A program made the position numbers and the translations under genes. From Octopus vulgaris (Eukaryota), in contig OX597821.1 of the NCBI GenBank assembly GCA_951406725.2, positions 64,542,001 to 64,606,000 of the forward strand: a stretch of 64,000 nt of DNA, given 5' to 3'. The notes beneath the pieces are model-generated. The model was not told where the DNA came from. It made no database searches and saw nothing but the letters and a program-made list of their open reading frames with translations. Below, in pieces: positions 57,408 to 64,000 of this stretch; position 1 is the first letter of the stretch, and each line of letters starts with the position of its first letter.

Positions 57408-57701
57408 GTTGTTGTTCGTTCCTTCTCGAGTCATGCCTGTCTCATAAGGGCCGGTTTCCCTGGTCTCATTGGCGTATAGATTCCCCACCTGGACGGGACG
57501 CCGGTCCGTCCTACTAGATGCAGGAGGAACGAGTGGGAAAAAAAACCTGTGTCGAAAGAGTCAGTAGAAGTTTGCCATTACCTTCTGCCGGAGCCGCGTG
57601 AAGCTTAGGTGTTTCGCTCATAAACACACTCATCTGAGATTCGAGCCCGCGATCCCTCGATCCCGAGTCTGCTGCTCTAACCACTAGGCCATTTGCTTCC
57701 A
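57408..57701 (-). mobile_element. tRNA-derived SINE with family C head and different 3' body, (AAC)n tail
   Basis: Minus head GTGGAAGCAAATGGCCTAGTGGTTAGAGCAGCAGACTCGGG..GGCTCGAATCTC. Shares TTTAT.GAGCGAAA.CAC.TAA..GGCTCCGGCAG with 21420-21550. Confidence 0.8.
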
Positions 57702-59276
57702 CGAATATACGTATAGATCTAAGAAAATAATTATCAATGTTTATCAGTGAGAAGACCATTATAAACTATGCATATATATTGTCGTTGATATCTTCCCAGA
57801 TCTATGTATAGATATAACAAAATAATTATCACCGCTTATCAGCTTGAGAGCAATTATAAAGTATGCATATCAAATGCAGTCGATATAATACGGTTCGGGC
57901 CAGTCATTGTGATAACTGCAAAGAGAGTAATAGAATCGCTTATTGTCGGAAATAGCTGTTGATGCATTGAAGTCCTACGCTTAAACAGAGGGCATTAAAA
58001 TGGACAAAGCTACGATGTCTATGTCTGTGGATCTATTCGATCGGAGGTATTATGAAGCAATCGACAGAAACAATAAATTGGGTATGCTTTCTGCGACCAT
58101 TCACTTTGCAAGTTTTGGTTATCCTTAAATTGATCGTAGACACCATAATTCTTCACCTGACTGGCATTTCCTGTCGCCTGAAAGAGAACCTATTTCTCGA
58201 TCTCTCTTTATACCTCGTCATCGGGATTGTCGTTTTTTATTACTCATTATCAGAAATAAATATTTACTAGGCGTGAGAATTCCACAGTAGATACGATATA
58301 TTTTAGATGGTTAGTTTATATATAACCATAAAAATTAGTGTTTCTTTTGAAATTGTATATTCTGCATAATTTTCATTTAGAAAAAAAACAACCTTACAGG
58401 TCTTCTGGATAAGGCTGGAATTGAGTGAGAATGACTTTCCCATTCTATCCGCAATTCAGGGATTCATTTATAAATCTAAGAGCTTCAAAATGATTACAGA
58501 GAATACTCATGCCATCAGTGTTGTAATATTCAACCATATTTTTAGTTTAACCGGATATTTTGACTTTCTCTTTCATTTTCCTTTTCTATTCTCTTCTGAA
58601 CACATTCTCTTATCGGACGTAAATACTCACTGTATTCTCTTTGATTCATATTTTTCCTTCTATAATTAATATCAGAGACTGAGTTTCGCTCTCGGAATGC
58701 AAGATTGAAATAGAAATTATAGCATGAGCGGCAGGTTGTGATGAAGACGAAACAAATTGTAGGTTGGCTAAAATATGGTTGTGTCATACTTCAGCTTCTA
58801 AAGGCAAATTCACTGCAGTTACTGTGGAGAAAAAAAGGAACGTCTATAGAAAAATGGTCTATAAATACCATATCTGTCCAGAAGTGCATTTCTGTCTCTA
58901 TAGCCTTTCTCAATGGGAAACGCCGAAGAGAGATAACCCTGGGCAGATTCAAAGCCTTAACTTTATCTAAAAACAATCAGCATTAGAGACTGATTTACAC
59001 TCGAGAACGGCCACGGCGGAATAAAAATAACATCTGTGTCAAGCAGTGATAAAGAATAAAAGACCTCTACATTATTTAAAATATATTTCTAAAATGTTTT
59101 AACTTCTAAAGGCAACTTTTAGCATAAGAGAAGATTTCCCCACAAGGTGACCGCAGCCAATTTGACTCTTAACCAAAATGGATTAAGAGCAATAACTCAG
59201 TGTGACTAGTGGCATTTATTTTCACATAGACAAATACAGGTATTTTAAATACTATACATCGTAAATACATTTCTGA

Positions 59277-59390
59277 GGAAATCTTTCGACTATCACAGGT
59301 GTTACGTTCCAAAACCCTACACGAAAGGTGAAAATTTGTGAAGTAGAAATAGTTCTGTACTGTATATTTAAAAAAACATATTTTAATTAT
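59277..59390 (+). mobile_element. Tigger/pogo-like left terminus (decayed)
   Basis: AATCTTTCGACTATCACAGGTGTTACGTTCCAAAACCC..CGAAAGGTGAAAAT..GTGAAGTAGA resembles Tigger-type CAGTAATCCCTCG..ATCGCGG..TTACGTTCC ends. Confidence 0.55.
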
Positions 59391-59391
59391 T

Positions 59392-60303
59392 TGTCCTTAT
59401 TACTTCAAATCAATGTTTTCGTCTGGAATGTAAGAAACACATAAGAACTAATTTACCATCATACAAATCGATCCAATGGTGTTTGGACATGTTTTGAACT
59501 TCATCTATACTGGGAGCATCACCATTACTACCGGAGTAGTCTTTGAAATGTTCTCACAATCTCACATGTTCCAAATCTCAACATTAGTAGAGCTATGTGT
59601 TCAGTTCTTCAAGGATGAAATCAGTGCCTCGAACTGTCTTTGCGCATAGTCTCTCTCTGATGCACATGCACATAAGGAACTCTATGAGTTCACCAAGGAA
59701 TATGCCTACAAACATTTCACATCACTCATCAAAGATGAAGATTCCTTACGCCTCTCTGGTGACTGTGAGATCGATCTGTTGAAGGACAGACGTCTAAATT
59801 GTACAACTGAAAGCCAGGTTTTCGAGGATGCTGTCAAATATCTTGAGTATGACAATGAACACAATAAATCTTTCCGCTACCATTGATTGCTCAAAGCTTA
59901 CCTGCTGGATTACGTGATCAAATCAAATCATATGAAATGAGAAAAGGGTCAAGAAATGAAAGAGGATGCAATCTCATTCTAAACTGTTCCTTCACGTCGT
60001 AACTTACTACAAGCTTACCAGATTACTACTCGCTTTGCTTTCTCTTACACGGAAGTTGCTGTACTCCTCGGTGGCAGAGTAGCTGGTAGCCTCAGCAATG
60101 ATGTGGAGTTTTACAGACCAGATACAAAAGAATTTGTGTCTTTGAAACCGCTTCCCTTTAAAATGCGAAACGAATATGCTGCTGCAGTGATAGGCAATGA
60201 CATTTATGTGTCTGAAAAGTCCAGAATTATGGAAATATGATCTCACATTCCATTCCTGGATTAGAGGAAACATGTTACAATCTCGAAGACGACATGCTAT
60301 CTT
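59392..60303 (+). pseudogene. intronless BTB-BACK-Kelch (KLHL family) pseudogene fragment
   Basis: Frame from 59392 reads CPYYFKSMFSSGM*E..VFGHVLNFIYTGSITI..MFQISTLVELCVQFF..SASNCL (BTB), KELYEF..KHF..DEDSLRLS..LLKDRRLNCTTESQVFEDAVKYLEYD (BACK), VLLGGR..NDVEFYRPDTKEFVSLKPLP..EYAAAVIGNDIYVS, then frameshifted LWKYDLTFHSW..MLQSRRRHA (Kelch). At least 5 stops. Confidence 0.9.
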
Positions 60304-60464
60304 TGCCTTTCAGAGTCGATAAAATAAAGTGTCAGTTCAGTTGATGTAATTCCTTTGCCCCTCTTAAAATTTCTGGCCTTGTACCAAAATTAGAAAGGAT
60401 TATTATGATTATCATCATCATCGTCATCATCATCCTCATCCTCATCCTCATCATCATCATCACA

Positions 60465-60635
60465 AGGATGGTGGAGTGTTGAATACTTTGCAGTATTTGG
60501 TTACATCCCTTTATGTTCCGAGTTCTAATCATGCCAGAGTCAACATTGGCTTTTGTTTTCCTGAGATTGATAAAATAAGTACCAGTTATGTACTGGTGTT
60601 GATATAATTGATTGTTTACCTGCATTTCTACTACC
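60465..60635 (+). mobile_element. old SINE family B copy
   Basis: TATGTTCCGAGTTCTAATC.TGCC..TTGATAAAATAAGTACCAG; another fragment at 60301-60405. Confidence 0.6.
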
Positions 60636-60669
60636 CACAAGTTTATACCAGGGAGGAATCGACGTAAAC

Positions 60670-60721
60670 TGAGACAATAAACCGCGATAGGTGAACGGCG
60701 ATATGGCGATGGATTACTGTA
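60670..60721 (-). mobile_element. Tigger/pogo-like right terminus
   Basis: Reverse complement reads TA-CAGTAATCCATCGCCATATCGCCGTTCACCTATCGCGGTTT. Confidence 0.65.
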
Positions 60722-61019
60722 TGATAAATTTTGAAGAATGTATGGCTCATAATATTATATAAGTAATATTTGTAGGAGTAGGGTTTATTAATTTTGGCTC
60801 CAGACCAAACATTTCTGTAGAAAAATAACTCGTCAATTAAAAGCCGTCCCTGGTTGTTAGTCGCTATTTAGTTTAGAGACGTTGGAAAGATGAAAGAGAA
60901 AATAGCTTCTTATGGGATTTCACTTGACAAAATAAAGGAATGCAATTAAATACCTCAGAATTCGTTTCTTCATCTGAACCGATTTTTCCACGAAACATTC
61001 TCAATAAGGATAACAATAA

Positions 61020-61245
61020 TTCTTTCTACAAAAGCACAAGGCCTGATTTCTTTTTTTTTTTATTTTTGTGGTGGGGACTAGTCGATGATATCGACCCCAG
61101 TATTTCAATGCTGTTTAATTTATCAAGCCCAAAAAGATGAAAGATAAATTCGACTTTGGTGGAATTTGAACTCAGAAGGTAGCGACTGATAAAATACCGC
61201 TGAGTACTTCGTCCAGCGTGCTAACGATGTACCAATTCGCCGCCT
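61020..61245 (-). mobile_element. SINE family B copy
   Basis: TCGACCCCAGT..TTTATC..GATGAAAG..GGAATTTGAACTCAGAA..GCGTGCTAACGAT..TCGCCGCC. Confidence 0.8.
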
Positions 61246-61662
61246 GAATAATAACAGCAACAGCGAATTCCACCATATTTATACTAAACTTTTTGACTGA
61301 ATATTTTTTTCTGCAATTCTTTCCTTTTCTTTTTTTTTATCTTTCAGTCCTTCCTTAAGCTACATTTTGTGAAACGTCGTTTTACCAAAGACTGATAACG
61401 TCGTTTTACTTGGACAGGAACGAAGTTCTTCCGGTTTAGTTTTGAATGTTTCAGCGTTTCCTATCTTTAAATATAATTTCATTTTATATTTTGAACTTGT
61501 AAAAGACACACACTATGTCGAAATATTGCTCATTCGTTTCCTTTTCATTTTGATAAACAGAACAGAGTCATTTCTATTTATTACCAATAACAGTCGTGTT
61601 CTTCATTTTGTTTTATTATTATTGTTATTATTATTATTATTAGCAGTAGTAGTAGTAGTATT

Positions 61663-61852
61663 ATGTGAGAAAGCAGTGCATGCCATCAAAGTGACACTGG
61701 GGTAAAATATACGAAGCCCAGTACCCAACATACTACCAGTCTGATAAGGCTACACCAGGCATATGCATTACAGTTATATGTGCGCGACATGGTTATCTCA
61801 TATCAAGATAAACAGCACATGACCTTGCAGGTGGGGCCTAGTTAGAATTTTC
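61663..61852. mobile_element. repeat X partial copy, joined to a SINE B head (61858-61918)
   Basis: GTGAGAAAGCAGTGCATGCCATCAAAGTGACACTGGGGTAAAATATAC..GACCTTGCAGGTGGGGCC.AGTTAGAATTTTC, after (TTA)/(GTA)n. Confidence 0.8.
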
Positions 61853-61990
61853 CTCGACGGAACTCAGAACGTAGCGGCAGACGAAATACCGCTTAGCACT
61901 CTGCCCGGCGTGCTAACGATTATACCAGCTTGCAGCCTTCGACCGTCTAAGGATTCTACCAAACCACTGCCATTACCTTAAATATAGATG

Positions 61991-62202
61991 AAGGCGGTGA
62001 CTTGACAGAATCGTTAGAGCGCTGGATGAACTGCTTTGCGGTATTTCACCCGTGGCTACGTTCTGAGTTCAAATTAAGCCGAGGTCGACTTTGTCTTTTA
62101 TCCTTTCGATAAGTTAAGTACCTGTGAAATACTGGGGTCGATGTAGTCGACTATTCCCCACCCCACAAATTTGAGGCCCTGTGCTTGCAGTAGAATGGAT
62201 TA
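61991..62202 (+). mobile_element. SINE family B copy
   Basis: GAAGGCGGTGACTTGACAGAATCGTTAG..GTTCTGAGTTCAAATT..GAGGTCGACTTTG. Possible TSD TAAAATATAGATG on both sides. Confidence 0.8.
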
Positions 62203-62289
62203 ATTAAAATATAGATGTAAGAGGTAAAAGAATAGTTCATTATGACTGCAGTAGCTGATTAGCTTGAAATTTTGGAGTCAGGATGCCAA

Positions 62290-62635
62290 TCGATTAGACT
62301 GACCCCTGTACGCAACTGGTACTTAATTTATCGACCCCGAAATGATGAAAAGCAAAGTCTACCTTAGCGGAATTTGAACTCAGAACGTAAAGACAGACGA
62401 AATACCTATTTCTTTATTACCCACAAGGGGCTAAACACAGAGCGGACAAACAAGGACAGACATAGGTATTAAGTCGATTACATCGACCCAGTGCGTAACT
62501 GGTACTTATTTAATCGACCCCGAATGGATGAAAGGCAAAGTCGACCTCGGCGGAATTTGAACTCAGAACGTAACGACAGACGAAATACCGATAGGCATTT
62601 CGCCCGGCGTTCTAACGTTTCTGCCAGCTCACTGT
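62290..62635 (-). mobile_element. SINE family B head-to-tail dimer
   Basis: Two bodies joined at ACAGACGAAATAC|CTATTTCTTTATTACCCACAAGGGGCTAAAC, the same junction as at ~25897-25940. Confidence 0.85.
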
Positions 62636-62783
62636 CTTATAAAATAAAATATGATAAACTATTTATACATGTTTAAGCTACGAAACAATTGTTATTAAAT
62701 AAAAATGTCCAATGTTAAAATAAATTTGATCATAGTATATTTGTCACTTTATTTATAATCATATACACATATGTATGTATATA

Positions 62784-62884
<101 letters not shown>

Positions 62885-64000
62885 ATGTGTGTGTGCGTGA
62901 ATGTGTGTGTGCACGCGCGCGTATTTGGGGAGTAAGATCTTATAGGAAACCTTCGGTATCTAATTTATGATTTACACTAAATAATTTACTTAATCTACTT
63001 TAGTAATGTAATACTGAGTACTCGAAGCTTTACCCGTTGTTTGTTTGTGTATGTAAGAATACATGTAGATCAGTGATGAAGATTTCATATACAAGCAACT
63101 ACGTTAGTATTAAAAGATATGGACGCAAAAAAAGCGAGTCAAATGCATACAACGTATCATCTCATTTTATAGGAAACTGAAGTGACCATAGTGAGAGAAA
63201 TATCAATATTCAGAGAACAATAAAGATAAAGTTTCTAGATATCATTTATTGCAAGAAAATAAGTCCAAAATTTATTCATCTTCAAACGCTCGAGTAGATG
63301 TTTCTTAGAGATAAGGGGGAATAAAATCAAATCTACCCAAATACAAAGATCTGGATATAAAGATTTGTAGGTTGTTTAGATTGAAAAGATAAATAAACCC
63401 CTAAGCGCTTGGATTTAATTCGTGGATACGTGCGAAACGCTTTTTTTACATTATTCGTGCTTATGGCGGTATGTATAATGTATTTTTCAGTTATTTACGG
63501 TCGGTATCTTGCCACTGATGATTGGAAAGGGTTCTTAATAACAACTCATATTGTGAAATCTTTAGATTTGAGACTATCAAAATAATTTTATAAATCCCCG
63601 CTGTCTATTTTCCTCGCTTACAACTTTGTGTACTGGAGTAATAATCTAAGTGGTTCATACACCTTTGGGGTCTATTTCTAGCAGACTGGTGTGTAATCAT
63701 TCAACACCCTTATTATAATTTTAATATAAACCCTATAATAGGTATCTTCCAGATTCCAGAAAGTGATACAAAGAAACATATCACCCATATTCTAGGTGTC
63801 AAACACGTTCATATCCGTTATTTTGTACGAGCGACAGAATCGGTAAAGCATTGAACTTAAGAAAATCCAGCATTCAGTCCCATCATTTTATGATCTGTGT
63901 AGTTTCCCTTGGTATTTATTTGGCTTTTCGCTACTTTCAAACCAGTGGGTATAATAAATATAATTTATGTAAAATTAACAGAAAACATCTATTGTTAATC

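Noticed and set aside
57720-59250. Possible exons in unique sequence upstream of the Kelch relic, and at 63000-64000
   Set aside because: No recognisable domain or convincing splice-bounded frame by eye; small real exons cannot be excluded without RNA-seq.

Overview
This is AT-rich, microsatellite-saturated eukaryotic DNA. The SINE and LINE families look like those of octopus (coleoid cephalopod), which is an inference from remembered repeat families. I found no intact protein-coding gene, and nearly all ORFs in the supplied track are translations of (TA)n, (CA)n or (TAA)n repeats. Recognisable content: three decayed R4/Dong-clade non-LTR retrotransposons and an unclassified ~500-bp element, all sitting in (TAA)n arrays; Penelope-like element (PLE) relics; a mariner derivative with long inverted ends; a non-autonomous Helitron; a TIR element carrying (CCCTAA)n; at least three tRNA-derived SINE families; an intronless BTB-BACK-Kelch pseudogene bracketed by Tigger-like ends; and a possible GPCR relic. 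The most striking signal is a set of about 7 sequence-unrelated minimal type I hammerhead ribozyme motifs. They have palindromic stem III, and two carry an apparent U3-A8 core covariation. They lie in short elements inserted in (TA)n tracts, several of which have folded back into palindromes or inverted repeats. All structures were read by eye; no searches or folding computations were run.
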